From contig NW_026974140.1 in assembly GCF_037042905.1 (NCBI RefSeq), positions 808,001-872,000 on the forward strand: a DNA stretch of 64,000 nucleotides, given 5' to 3'. Position 1 is the first letter of the stretch. Every line of letters begins with the position of its first letter. The translations under genes were made by a program, and so were the position numbers. Below, piece by piece: positions 1 through 13,865 of this stretch. Source of the stretch: Lytechinus pictus (Eukaryota). The notes beneath the pieces are model-generated. The model had not been told where the DNA came from. It searched no databases and saw nothing but the letters and a program-made list of their open reading frames with translations.

Positions 1-710
1 TGTCTAAAGTACCAAAAATCACCCTCATAGGTCAAAACTGACGGAATTAATTGCATTAAGTTGATTATTATGATCCAGCGCACATTTCGAAAAAAAAAGT
101 GGATTTCTAAAGACATCCATTTCCCATTTAACAATAATTGATGCTAACGCAATCGTTAATGTATCCTCATCACGTTCGATATTGCCTGAATTAACATACA
201 CAAAGAGCAGGGCTCAATCCCGGGGGGTCAAGGTGGCCAAAATGACCGAGGTAGTCAACTTTGGGGATGCTCAAGTTTAAGGATTCATTCACCAGTGTTA
301 GGTGTCACAGCACACCTTTGTTACGATTCTGGTAACATTCGAAGTATTTTGGGATAAATTGAACTAATTTTATTGGCCATTTTAAGGGCCATTAGTGGCC
401 AAAATGGCCTTAAGCTATTGAATAGGGTCATTAAGGCTGATATATTATATGGGATCAGCATAAAATTCTTAACAAGAAGGACTTTTAAATGCATTCTCAT
501 TTTATAAGGGAAGAAGATAAAACATGGTGAAGACCTCAATTTCCTGCCTATTTGAACAGTTAATAATTCAAAACTGCGCGAATGGTCAGTTATGTCTAAA
601 GTACCCAAAATTACCATCATAGGTCAAAGCTGACAGAATTAATTACATGAGGTTGATCATTATGATCCAGCACACATTTTGAAAAAAAATGTGGATTTCT
701 AAAGACATCC
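1..710. repeat. Diverged direct repeat with ~592-bp period, probably subrepeats of a DNA transposon running off the left edge
   Basis: 1-118 (tgtctaaagtaccaaaaatc...ctaaagacatcc) recurs with scattered substitutions at 593-710. Confidence 0.7.
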
Positions 711-2666
711 AATCGTAGCTCTGATCATTATTTGAAACACATTTCGGACAAAAAAATCATGAAAATTGTAAGTTTTTTGCCAAAACAGGGCTAAAATGTC
801 CACTGCTATTGTGATTTGGCAAATGAAACCCTTTTTTATAAAATCTGGGTGCATTTTTACATAATATAGACCACTTTAATTGCTTGTGGCTACAAAAGCA
901 TTATGTTAAGGGACCATTTTCCAAAGAGTGGTCAAAATGGTCATTTTTGGTTTAAAATTTTCCAAAATCATCAAAATGGCGTGAGTACGGTCAATAAGAG
1001 TGACATTTTTGGAATCAGCGCACAATTTTACTCCGGATAAGCTTGTCAAACCTTCCCCACCAAAAATTCAGAATAAAGCCCCCTATCTCATAAACTAAAC
1101 ATAGCGATGATTCCTTCTTTGTCTCTAACCAATACCTCATTCTATTGACGGTGAAAAACTGTGAAGGCTTTTTAAAGCTCGTGGATAGTGTTGGTAAAGG
1201 ATACACAAATTACAGTTGAATTGATCTTTTCTATTGAATAACAATTGCTGATGATGATTCAATGTGAAATTGACAGAATTTCGTCTTGGAAATATTAAAT
1301 TTTAAATAAACTCCGAGAAATAAAATCATTCTCCTCGGCTGAATTTATAAGACAGTTCGCTGAATTTATGCGCACTAATATTGCGCCCACTTTCGTCCTC
1401 GACTGATTCCCCCCCCCCCTGTTCGTTGATCACTAGCCGTTCCACTTTTAGCAAACCAAAATATCCCTGTGAGCGTAGTCTGCTAATTCCGTGTACGCTC
1501 GTCGATCATTGTTCCTTGGTTTTAGCATTGCCTCCGTCGAGTTTCTCCCCCAGCGAGTTCGGCGAGGAGCACAGGAAATCGTTGCGTTTTCGTTAGATTG
1601 GTTAGAGAATAAAAAAAAATATGTGGACTAACTTACCCTTATGCTGTCCCTCCAATCTGTAGTTCACATGTTACAGTAGTTTATTTTGTATGGTGGCCCT
1701 GAAGGGACATCGCATATAGACCAAATCGCGAATATTCACGAAGAAATTGGCGACGAAATTCACGACGTCGCCAATTTCGTCGTGAATTTGAATATTCACG
1801 ACGAAATTAACGACATCGTGAATTTCGTCGCCAATTTCGTCACGAATTATTCACGACGATATTCGCGACGTCGCCAATTTCGTCGCCAATTTGAATATTG
1901 ACGACGAAATTCACGACGAAATTTGCGACATCGTGAATTTCGTCGCCAATTTCGTCGTGAATTTGTTTTGCTTGCCTGGGCGGTATGCGGGTTGAAACCA
2001 ATTCGTCTGCTGCTAATTCCTCCACTCACAACAGGGTCTACATTCATTTAGTCTAATGCAATTCTGTCCATTAACTTTTCGCCTAACAACCATGGTCCAA
2101 TAACCATTTGGTCCAGTCGATCATCACTTCGTCTCATCACCAGTTCGTCTATGACCATTTCGTCTCATAACTAGTTGGTCTAATATCAATTTTAATTTCC
2201 TTAATTTCGCCCAATTAACACTTAGTTCAATTTGACAAAATGGCATATGGAATAAATGACAATTGGACCAACTTGGTTATTAGACGAAATGGCAGTTAGA
2301 CCATGTTGATAGTGGAGGAACTGATGGTAGACCAAATGATAGCAGACGAATACGCGAGTTGGCATTAGACCAATTGAAAATAAACTATTGAAACGACAGA
2401 ACGATGTCCACTGTTATCCATATGCATAGGCGGATCCAGGGGGAGGGGGGCCGAGGGCCCCCCCCCCCCCCCCTCCATTGGCGGAGCAAACAACATGAAA
2501 AGGGGAGAAAGAAAGAAATTCAAAAAGAGGGTAAATAGAGGAGAAAAAAAGAAGAGGAGGAAGACGAGTGAAAAAAATAAGATGAGGGGAAGACATGGAA
2601 ATAAAAAGAATCTTTCATGTCACTATATCAAATTTTCGCTCGCGCCGCATTGCCTGTTAGGTGTTC

Positions 2667-3618
2667 CAGGGGCGGATCCAGCCTATTGTGTTTGTATAGG
2701 CCTCCATGCAAGCATTGGCATATAATCATTCATGTCATTATTTCCCAGTAGCATACGTTTCCCTGGGTCAGCACATTCCATCCCCTACCCTATCTCATCT
2801 GTTCCCATGGTTACCCCTCACCACCGTGTAGATATAATACCCTGGACCCTGCGTGGTACCACATGTTTCATATGTATGAATAAAGCACTTGTTCTTTGAC
2901 CAGCAGAGAGAGCAGTCATGTGTGTATAGTGTTTGTGACTACAGTGTTATAGTAAAGACTTGTTAAACACAAAACAGCATTCGCCAATAGGGGGGGGGGC
3001 GGAATCATTTTTCAGCCATATTTTTCCCGATCGGCCGCTCGAAGATGATTTTTGATTTCTGTGAAAGGGTAGTCTTCTTAGCTTTATTCTTATAAATCAA
3101 CATAAGTATATAATATCATAATCCTTATTTATATAATGTGAGCGCGAAGCGCGAGCTAATTCTTTTTGGAAATCTTATGTATTTTTTCCTAAAATTTTAA
3201 CATTCTGGGCAATGTTTGTTTTCCTAAAAAAGATGTGTATGCAAATAAATAATTACTACGAACGCGAAGCGCGAGCAGAAATGAACTGGTGGAAAAGTTA
3301 CCTGTTAAAGACTGCATGCAGTTAGTCATGAAGACGTTATATATTTTAAACATAAAATAATGAGAGCGCGATGCGCGAGCTGAATTTTTTTTTTACCTAA
3401 AAAATGAAAATTCGAAGGACTTTTTGTAACTTAAACAGAATAGGTATATAATAAACAATTGATGCGAGCGCGAAGCGCGAGCTAAAAACTTTTGACATTT
3501 TTATTTCCATGTCTTCCCTCATCTTATTTTATTCACTCGTCTCCTCCTCTTCCTTTTTTCTACTCTCTTTTCCCTCCTTTTTTTCTTTCTTTCCTTTCAT
3601 CCCCCTGGATCCGCCTAT
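2667..3618 (-). mobile_element. Non-autonomous DNA transposon of the GCGCGAAGCGC-subrepeat family (CAGGGGCGGATCC / CATAGGCGGATCC ends)
   Basis: Ends caggggcggatccagcc (2667) and ggatccgcctat (~3607-3618). Same layout as the copy at 16727-18033, in opposite orientation. Confidence 0.7.
2684..2976 (+). mobile_element. Probable solo LTR (~290 bp) inserted just inside the transposon end
   Basis: Interrupts ggatccagcc|ttcgcc, which is intact at ~18012-18033. Ends ...aaacacaaaaca with an imperfect inverted match to the start (tattgtgttt), contains TATA-like and AATAAA motifs, and has an imperfect gcct/gcat TSD. Confidence 0.55.
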
Positions 3619-4220
3619 ATGCATATGGATAGCAGTGGACATCGTTCTGTCGTTTAAATGGTTTATTTTCAATTGGTCTAATGCCAACTCGCGTATTCGT
3701 CTGCTATCATTTGGTCTACCATCAGTTCGTCCACTATCCACATGGTCTAACTGCCGTTTCGTCTAATAACCAAGTTGGTCCAATTGCCATTTATTCCATA
3801 TGCCATTTGGTCTAATTGAACTAAGTGTTAATTGGGCGATATTAAGGAAAATAAAATTGATATTAGACCAACTAGTTATGAGACGAAATGGTCATAGACA
3901 AACTGGTGATGAGACGAAGTGATGATCGACTGGACCAAATGGTTATTGGACCATGGTTGTTAGGCGAAAAGTTAATGGACAGAATTGCATTAGATTAAAT
4001 GAATGTAGACCCTGTTGTGAGTGGAGGAATTAGCAGCAGACGAATTGGTTCCAACCCGCATACCGCCCAGGCAAGCAACACAAATTCACGACGAAATTCA
4101 CGACGTCGCGATGTCGCGAATTTGTCGTGAATTTCGTCGTCAATATTCAAATTGGCGACGAAATTGGCGACGTCGTGAATTTCGTCGTGAATAATTCGCG
4201 ACGAAATTGGCGACGAAATT

Positions 4221-4485
4221 CACGATGTACATACGGGGGGGGGGGGGCAGTCTGCCCCCCCTGACGAGCCACAACCCATACAAAAGACATATCCCTGCCC
4301 CCCCCCCCCCCGACGAGCTTGAAGACCTTTATTGTCCCCCCCCCCCCCCCCTGGCGAGCTTGAAGACCTGTCAATTTTTTCTGGTACGAAAACCTTTATT
4401 TTAGATTGAAGACTTTTTTTTTGCTTGTCAATTTTTTTGGCGGGCGATGTTGCCCCCCCTGTGGAAAATCCTAGGTACGCCACTG
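4221..4485 (-). mobile_element. hAT-like MITE (CAGTGGCGTA family)
   Basis: Ends ggaaaatcctaggtacgccactg and is homologous, inverted, to 18794-19095. Confidence 0.8.
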
Positions 4486-6271
4486 CAGATCCACGAATAT
4501 GAGGGGGGGGGGCAGAATTTTTTCACCCATTATTTTCCACGATCGACCGCTCTGAGTTGATTTTTGATTCTTTCTTTTTTAGGGGTGTAGACCGAACAGT
4601 CGGCTTTATTCTTATAAAATAACATAAATGCATGCAGGGGCCGCAAAGTGGGGGGGGGGGGGGGCTGAGTCAAAAGGTTTTGTTGGGGGGTGACCATGCA
4701 AAAAATCACAATCAAATGGTAATTTTTACGTTTTTGAACACAGTTGTGGAAAAAAGCAGGGGCTGGAGCCACCCCCCCCCCCCTCGCTTCCGCGACCCCT
4801 GAAATGTATAATCCTATACGTACTATTTAATATAGTGCGAGAGTAAAGCGCGAGTTAAAAATTTTCGTAAATGTCATATACACGTATTTTTTTCCTGAAA
4901 ATAAAACATCTAATATACTGCAAATTCGAAGCACGAGCAGATTTTTGTTTATATACATTCTGGCCTGTTAAACAAGGGACCTGTTCTAATTGTAGCCATA
5001 AAGACGATACATACGCCTATACATGTTGGCCTATTTCAACAATGGAATAATGTGAGCGCGAAGTGGGGGCTGAACATTTTTTACATTCCAACCAAGAAAA
5101 TTGACATTCTAAGCATTTTTTGTCATCCTGAACTGAGTAGGTATATAACTAGACAGTACGCGCGCTAAGCGCGATGGGAAAAATTAAGATTTAGAGCTAA
5201 AAGCGGGACACTATAGTTCATGTTTTGTAATTCGTGAAAATGGGTAATTAGGCATCTTCCTACGTAATGCGAATGCGAAATACGAGCAGAATATTTTTGA
5301 TATTCTAATCTGAATACTATTACAAATACTGAAAATGAAAATTGGATGTGGATCGCACTCAAAAATGAATAGAGCGCGAAGCGCGAGCGGATATTTTTCG
5401 GAAATTATTCTGACCTAGGACGGGAACATTCTAAGGACATTTTGTCATATGAAAATAGTAATTATCTACCTACTAAGTGTCCCCAAGCGCAAGATGAAAA
5501 TTCTTTCAATTCTAATATAGTTATTAGCAATTCATGAAAATGTTATTGTTATTATCTTATTCATTACTCTAATAAGCCCAATGAGAGCGAGAAATATGTT
5601 CATATTAATTTCTGAAAACTGGATATTCTGAGTATTTTTGTATTTATGAATAGAAGGCATTGGTTGATATATCTTTAACAATTAATGCGAGCGCAAATCA
5701 TGAACCGATTTTTCTAATAAATTGTAATAAAAAGGGATTTTAAATAGTTTGTTATAGAGATAAATAACTAACCAATCGAAATGTGAGCGCGCAGCGCTAG
5801 CTGGTAGGTTTTGGCAATCAGAGCTGATATGTTTTGACAATCAGACCTGAATAAGAATATTTTGAGAATTTATTGAAAATACGAAGACTAGAGATTGGGT
5901 ACTTGACAAATAATGCAAAGGCGTAGCGCGAGCTTCATTGATACTCGATCAGACCATAAACGGACTACGCTGCACAATGAAAAAAAAATCAATTTGTTAA
6001 TCAAGCAACGTGATATTTTAAGCTCCATATCAGCCAATTGAGGAATATTTGTATTTCGATATCAAACATGCAAGTGCGAGCGAAAAACTCATATAGTGAT
6101 ATAAAAAGATTCTTATTTTTTTGTATTTTCCAAGTCTTCCCCTCACCTTATTTTTTTCATTTGTCTTCCTCCTCTTTTCCTCCTTTTTTCTCCTCTCTTT
6201 CCCTTTTCCCTTTTTTTTGCTACGCCACTCCTAGAGAGACCCGGGAACTTCGCCCCCTGGATCCACCTATG
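4486..6271 (-). mobile_element. Degraded non-autonomous DNA transposon(s) with GCGCGAAGCGCGAG subrepeats, including a nested G/C-run MITE at ~4635-4801
   Basis: Right end ccccctggatccacctatg; recurrent gcgcgaagcgcgag variants about every 100-120 bp. Confidence 0.6.
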
Positions 6272-6472
6272 AGATAGCAATAAAGCTGAATTGAAAAGTG
6301 AAGAGAAGGGATTAAGGAAAAGTTGAATTAGGCATATAAGAACACGTCTGGGTTGACGATCGAGGAGGTTAAAAATAAAACGAACACAACAGGAGGAAAA
6401 AAATGTGATGAGTAAGTCTGAAACAGCTTGCTAATTTTTAATGTAATAACGATCGCAAAACCTTGCTGAATT

Positions 6473-9400
6473 TTCAATTCAATTCAATTCAATTCAATTC
6501 AATTCAATTCAATTCAATTTATTCAAATTCCATTCAATAAAAATACAAGATACAATATCAGAGAAATACATAGTAACAAAACAATTAAACATACATAAAT
6601 ATAAAATGAAATTTGGGAGACTGCAAAAGACCGAAAGGTCTTGACGAGGCAGACCCCGAGTGCCATCATGGCAATACATATATTGGCATAGGTGATAACA
6701 TGAACAGGATGAAAAAAATATAAATACAAATGTCCTAACACCCCCCCCCCCCTCCCCCATCGGAAACTGGAAGCCAGTGTAACAATATATAAATTATCAA
6801 AATACACTTTAAGAAGATTAAAGAGTCATATGATGATATAATGTTTTTTTTTTAGCTTACGTTTAAAAGAATAAAGCGAAGAACATTTTTTTATTTCACA
6901 AACATCAGGTCCTCTATGTCTAATGGATTTATAAGCAAGTACTGTTTTGGGATTACTAAGATGAAAATTGTTAGAACCTCTGGTATTGTGTTCATGAACC
7001 TGGGTATTGCGTATAAACATTGAATTAAAATTGCTTGGAACCAAGTGATTAGTATAATTGAACATAAAATGTGCAGTTTGTAAGATATTGATATCAGATA
7101 TTTTTAATATGTTCAGTTTTTTAAAATTGGATCAGTATGGGCTAAGTAAGGATAACCTGTGCAAATTCTTATGGCTATTTTCTGCAGTAGCAATAAGGAA
7201 TTAACATTTCTTTTGGTTCCCCAACCCCAAGCAATATTAGCATAAGATAAATAAGATAATATGAAAGAATTGTACAATAATATAATAGACTTTGGCATTA
7301 ACGTATCTTTAAGTTTAAACATTATACCAATAATTCTAGAAATATGAGTTCTTAAATGCTGAAAATGCAAATTCCAGTTTAAATGTTGATCGAGAACAAC
7401 GCCAAGAAATTTAACATTAGTTTTCCTTTCAATTAGGGTATTGTCTATTAAGATTTGGCACTGGTCTTCCATAATCTTTTTGATTGGGTTGTGAAATATA
7501 ATATAATTGGTTTTACTGAGGTTTAGAGATAACTTATTACATTGTAGCCAGTTGGTTAGTTTACGTAATTCTACATTGATAGTGACGATCATTATATTAA
7601 AATCATGATGAGAATATAACAGTGTCGTATCATCTGCAAATAACACATAGCTAAGCATTTCGGAAGAATTTACAATGTCGTTCATATTTATTATAAAAAG
7701 AAGCGGCCCAAGAATGGATCCTTGTGGGACGCCACACTGGAGTTCTAAAATTTGTGATTTATGTAAGTCGACCTCAGTGTATTGAATTCTGTTCTTTAAA
7801 TAATCTTTGAACCATGCAAGAGGCGTACCCCTTATACCATAACGTTCAAGTTTATGTATTAATATTGAATGATCAAGCGTGTCGAACGCTTTTGAAAGGT
7901 CCAAAAATAATCCAGTTATATATTGTTTTTTTGCAAGGGATTTGGTTATTCTATCATATAAGTCCAAAACTGCTAATTCAGTTGAATGTTGTCTCCTAAA
8001 ACCATATTTGGCGGTGCAAAGTAATTTGTTTTTGTCTAAAAAATTATATACCTGGATATGGATTATTCTTTCTAAGATTTTAGATAAAGAGGGTAAGATA
8101 GATATAGGTCGGTAATTTTCACATTGGATACGATTTCCCTTTTTGAATATTGGTGCGACCCGTGCTAATTTGAAAGATTTCGGATAGCATCCAAGAGACA
8201 ATGATAAGTTGAAAATATGACATAGTGGTTCAGCTATAAAAAATAGTATTTGTTTTAAGATAAGTGAGTTAATATCGTCATGACCACAAGTTTTGGTATT
8301 TTTAAGGGATTTTACTATGGTTATAACTTCGTGTGGTCTTACGGGTTTGAAAAATATCGAGTTTTCAGCTCGTTCAGGAAAAAAATCTTTAAAAGAGTGC
8401 TCATTAGTTATAAAAGTTTTTGATAACGTTGGCCCTATGTTTACAAAATATTTGTTTAAGATGTTTACAATTTTCTGTGGGTCACGTGTCTTTTCTTTTT
8501 CAGAGTATATTTCTTTTGTGAATTCTGTTCTTTTGCCCCTACCTAAGATATTTTTTAAGATGGACCAGGTAGCAGACATATTTCCCGATACTCTTTTAAG
8601 TTTATTTGTATAATACATTTTGCGTGATGCTCTAATAACGGTTGTTAGTTTGTTACGATAAGCCTTAAATATGTTATGTTGGAGGGTATTGCTAGGATTG
8701 CGTATATACAACTTATATAATCGGTTCTTTTTGCGGATAGAATTCATTATCGCATTAGTAATCCAGGGATTATGAATATTATTTTTTCTTTTCTTTTGGA
8801 GCAAACAATGTATATTTTTATCATAATATTCCTTAAATTTTTGAAGAAAAAGGTCATATGCTATGTTCACGTCATGTGTTTCTTGAAATACATCTGACCA
8901 GGTTTCTTTTATAAGGTCGATTTTAAGGGAGTTTATATTTTCGATTGAATATTGTCTATTAAAATATTCATTAGATTCACATCGTTTACCTTGTGTTTTT
9001 CTTGATATTGTAAAAATAGGAAGGTGATCTGATATAGCAGAGTATAAAATACCACTTTGGAAATCTTCTCTTACAACATTTGTGAAAATGTTATCTAAAA
9101 GCGTTGCGGATGTCGGGGATACTCTGGTAGGCTTATCTATGAATGGATAGAGGGCGTAACTATTCAGAAACGACATGAATGTATTATAAGTCTGGTCGTT
9201 TTTTGTAAGTAAGTTTACATTAAAGTCGCCCATTAGATAAATATGTTTACCACCTTTCGAAAAATTACTGATACATGATTCTAATTGAAGAGTGAATGAT
9301 TCAATATTCGTACCGGGAGGACGATATGCTACTCCTACAATTACATTTTTACATTTGTAATTTCTACAAAAAGCATCTCAAAGTCTGGTGATTCGGACAG

Positions 9401-10269
9401 AGGGGTCGTTAATTGAAAGGAAATATCTTCTTTTACATATAATACTACGCCTCCTCCACGTCCATGTAATCTGTCCGACCGTAACATCTGATAACCTTCT
9501 AAATTTAATAAAGTAGGAGAATTAGGGTTTAACCATGATTCACTTACTCCAATGATGGATAGCGAATTGTTCAGGGATTTAAGTAGATTAGATACATTGT
9601 CAAAGTTGCGACTTAAACTCCGGGCATTTAAATGTAGTAAGCTGAAATAAGACTTGTTGTTATTATGACAGGAATTAAACTCATCGGGTAAATAATAGTG
9701 GCATTCATTAGATTTGAGTTCTTCTTCAGAAAAAGACATGTTTAAAGACTCAACCATCTAAGGATTTACATTGTTCGTTTATGCAGTACACTACTATCGT
9801 TAAGACACTGGCATTGATATCTAAAGACATGTTCTTAAAGTGGAAATGGCAATTGTTACAATATGACTTTGAGAGAATAAATACACGGGGAAAACATATA
9901 CAAAAGCCCATTAAAGATCTAATATAGAATATGTACACACTATAAGCAAAGATCTAAACAATATAATGGTGTATAATAATGAAATAGAATATAAAAGTAT
10001 AAAATAATTACTATATATTATTTAGCGCATAAACAATTCGGATAATCTGGAGGAAAATTCGTCAATTTTAGGTTTGCCTTCAGCAAATATATAGACACAT
10101 GATAATATAATAATGTAATATGCATAAAGTAATGATATGTTGATAGACATTGGATATAGACAGTAATTTAACCCATAAATTTATCGGGTTGAAGTTGTAT
10201 TGAGACATATACAAAGAGTTATTCAGATGCAGAATATAAAATTACAATCTTTATGATTATGTATATATA
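6473..10269 (-). mobile_element. CR1/L2-group (Crack-like) LINE, copy A (ORF2 plus inter-ORF spacer, no ORF1)
   Basis: APE and RT motifs; 3' UTR stem-loop (caagacctttcggtctttt); AATAAA followed by a (TTGAA)n tail. Confidence 0.9.
6826..9757 (-). pseudogene. LINE ORF2 (APE endonuclease + reverse transcriptase), frameshifted near 9340 and 7113
   Basis: HLNARSL, IGVSESWL, GGGVVLYV, MGDFN, LLDNIF, SDHLPIF, NYRPISIL, FLDLSKAFD, GVPQGSILGPLLF, FADDT, split over three ORFs. Confidence 0.93.
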
Positions 10270-10919
10270 TCTTCCTCCTCTTTTCCTCCTTTTTTCTCCT
10301 CTCTTTCCCTTTTCCCTTTTTTTGCTACGCCACTCCTAGAGAGACCCGGGAACTTCGCCCCCTGGATCCACCTATGAGATAGCAATAAAGCTGAATTGAA
10401 AAGTGAAGAGAAGGGATTAAGGAAAAGTTGAATTAGGCATATAAGAACACGTCTGGGTTGACGATCGAGGAGGTTAAAAATAAAACGAACACAACAGGAG
10501 GAAAAAAATGTGATGAGTAAGTCTGAAACAGCTTGCTAATTTTTAATGTAATAACGATCGCAAAACCTTGCTGAATTTTCAATTCAATTCAATTCAATTC
10601 AATTCAATTCAATTCAATTCAATTCAATTTATTCAAATTCCATTCAATAAAAATACAAGATACAATATCAGAGAAATACATAGTAACAAAACAATTAAAC
10701 ATACATAAATATAAAATGAAATTTGGGAGACTGCAAAAGACCGAAAGGTCTTGACGAGGCAGACCCCGAGTGCCATCATGGCAATACATATATTGGCATA
10801 GGTGATAACATGAACAGGATGAAAAAAATATAAATACAAATGTCCTAACACCCCCCCCCCCTCCCCCATCGGAAACTGGAAGCCAGTGTAACAATATATA
10901 AATTATCAAAATACACTTT

Positions 10920-13865
10920 AAGAAGATTAAAGAGTCATATGATGATATAATGTGTTTTTTTAGCTTACGTTTAAAAGAATAAAGCGAAGAACATTTTTTT
11001 ATTTCACAAACATCAGGTCCTCTATGTCTAATGGATTTATAAGCAAGTACTGTTTTGGGATTACTAAGATGAAAATTGTTAGAACCTCTGGTATTGTGTT
11101 CATGAACCTGGGTATTGCGTATAAACATTGAATTAAAATTGCTTGGAACCAAGTGATTAGTATAATTGAACATAAAATGTGCAGTTTGTAAGATATTGAT
11201 ATCAGATATTTTTAATATGTTCAGTTTTTTAAAATTGGATCAGTATGGGCTAAGTAAGGATAACCTGTGCAAATTCTTATGGCTATTTTCTGCAGTAGCA
11301 ATAAGGAATTAACATTTCTTTTGGTTCCCCAACCCCAAGCAATATTAGCATAAGATAAATAAGATAATATGAAAGAATTGTACAATAATATAATAGACTT
11401 TGGCATTAACGTATCTTTAAGTTTAAACATTATACCAATAATTCTAGAAATATGAGTTCTTAAATGCTGAAAATGCAAATTCCAGTTTAAATGTTGATCG
11501 AGAACAACGCCAAGAAATTTAACATTAGTTTTCCTTTCAATTAGGGTATTGTCTATTAAGATTTGGCACTGGTCTTCCATAATCTTTTTGATTGGGTTGT
11601 GAAATATAATATAATTGGTTTTACTGAGGTTTAGAGATAACTTATTACATTGTAGCCAGTTGGTTAGTTTACGTAATTCTACATTGATAGTGACGATCAT
11701 TATATTAAAATCATGATGAGAATATAACAGTGTCGTATCATCTGCAAATAACACATAGCTAAGCATTTCGGAAGAATTTACAATGTCGTTCATATTTATT
11801 ATAAAAAGAAGCGGCCCAAGAATGGATCCTTGTGGGACGCCACACTGGAGTTCTAAAATTTGTGATTTATGTAAGTCGACCTCAGTGTATTGAATTCTGT
11901 TCTTTAAATAATCTTTGAACCATGCAAGAGGCGTACTCCTTATACCATAACGTTCAAGTTTATGTATTAATATTGAATGATCAAGCGTGTCGAACGCTTT
12001 TGAAAGGTCCAAAAATAATCCAGTTATATATTGTTTTTTTGCAAGGGATTTGGTTATTCTATCATATAAGTCCACAACTGCTAATTCAGTTGAATGTTGT
12101 CTCCTAAAACCATATTTGGCGGTGCAAAGTAATTTGTTTTTGTCTAAAAAATTATATACCTGGATATGGATTATTCTTTCTAAGATTTTAGATAAAGAGG
12201 GTAAGATAGATATAGGTCGGTAATTTTCACATTGGATACGATTTCCCTTTTTGAATATTGGTGCGACCCGTGCTAATTTGAAAGAATTCGGATAGCATCC
12301 AAGAGACAATGATAAGTTGAAAATATGACATAGTGGTTCAGCTATAAAAAATAGTATTTGTTTTAAGATAAGTGAGTTAATATCGTCATGACCACAAGTT
12401 TTGGTATTTTTAAGGGATTTTACTATGGTTATAACTTCGTGTGGTCTTACGGGTTTGAAAAATATCGAGTTTTCAGCTCGTTCAGGAAAAAAATCTTTAA
12501 AAGAGTGCTCATTAGTTATAAAAGTTTTTGATAACGTTGGCCCTATGTTTACAAAATATTTGTTTAAGATGTTTACAATTTTCTGTGGGTCACGTGTCTT
12601 TTCTTTTTCAGAGTATATTTCTTTTGTGAATTCTGTTCTTTTGCCCCTACCTAAGATATTTTTTAAGATGGACCAGGTAGCAGACATATTTCCCGATACT
12701 CTTTTAAGTTTATTTGTATAATACATTTTGCGTGATGCTCTAATAACGGTTGTTAGTTTGTTACGATAAGCCTTAAATATGTTATGTTGGAGGGTATTGC
12801 TAGGATTGCGTATATACAACTTATATAATCGGTTCTTTTTGCGGATAGAATTCATTATCGCATTAGTAATCCAGGGATTATGAATATTATTTTTTATTTT
12901 CTTTTGGAGCAAACAATGTATATTTTTATCATAATATTCCTTAAATTTTTGAAGAAAAAGGTCATATGCTATGTTCACGTCATGTGTTTCTTGAAATACA
13001 TCTGACCAGGTTTCTTTTATAAGGTCGATTTTAAGGGAGTTTATATTTTCGATTGAATATTGTCTATTAAAATATTCATTAGATTCACATCGTTTACCTT
13101 GTGTTTTTCTTGATATTGTAAAAATAGGAAGGTGATCTGATATAGCAGAGTATAAAATACCACTTTGGAAATCTTCTCTTACAACATTTGTGAAAATGTT
13201 ATCTAAAAGCGTTGCGGATGTCGGGGATACTCTGGTAGGCTTATCTATGAATGGATAGAGGGCGTAACTATTCAGAAACGACATGAATGTATTATAAGTC
13301 TGGTCGTTTTTTGTAAGTAAGTTTACATTAAAGTCGCCCATTAGATAAATATGTTTACCACCTTTCGAAAAATTACTGATACATGATTCTAATTGAAGAG
13401 TGAATGATTCAATATTCGTACCGGGAGGACGATATGCTACTCCTACAATTACATTTTTACATTTGTAATTTCTACAAAAAGCATCTCAAAGTCTGGTGAT
13501 TCGGACAGAGGGGTCGTTAATTGAAAGGAAATATCTTCTTTTACATATAATACTACGCCTCCTCCACGTCCATGTAATCTGTCCGACCGTAACATCTGAT
13601 AACCTTCTAAATTTAATAAAGTAGGAGAATTAGGGTTTAACCATGATTCACTTACTCCAATGATGGATAGCGAATTGTTCAGGGATTTAAGTAGATTAGA
13701 TACATTGTCAAAGTTGCGACTTAAACTCCGGGCATTTAAATGTAGTAAGCTGAAATAAGACTTGTTGTTATTATGACAGGAATTAAACTCATCGGGTAAA
13801 TAATAGTGGCATTCATTAGATTTGAGTTCTTCTTCAGAAAAAGACATGTTTAAAGACTCAACCAT
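10920..13865 (-). pseudogene. LINE ORF2 (APE + RT) with the same main frameshifts as copy A
   Basis: 706-aa ORF 11221..13341 and 138-aa endonuclease N-terminus 13449..13865. Confidence 0.93.

Larger units (their letters stand above)
1730..4226. repeat. Large inverted duplication; arms ~1850-2607 and ~3498-4226, spacer ~890 bp
   Basis: 1966-2424 is the near-exact reverse complement of 3619-4085 (e.g. gcttgcctgggcggtatgcggg / cccgcataccgcccaggcaagc). Both outer ends carry a palindromic (cgacgaaattcac/ggcgac) minisatellite. Confidence 0.9.

Noticed and set aside
1730..1965. CRISPR-like short repeats and overlapping ORFs
   Set aside because: Palindromic minisatellite of a MITE; no spacers.
7113..9233. 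Active RT gene or a novel RT system
   Set aside because: Standard LINE ORF2, separated from its endonuclease N-terminus and its C-terminus by frameshifts.
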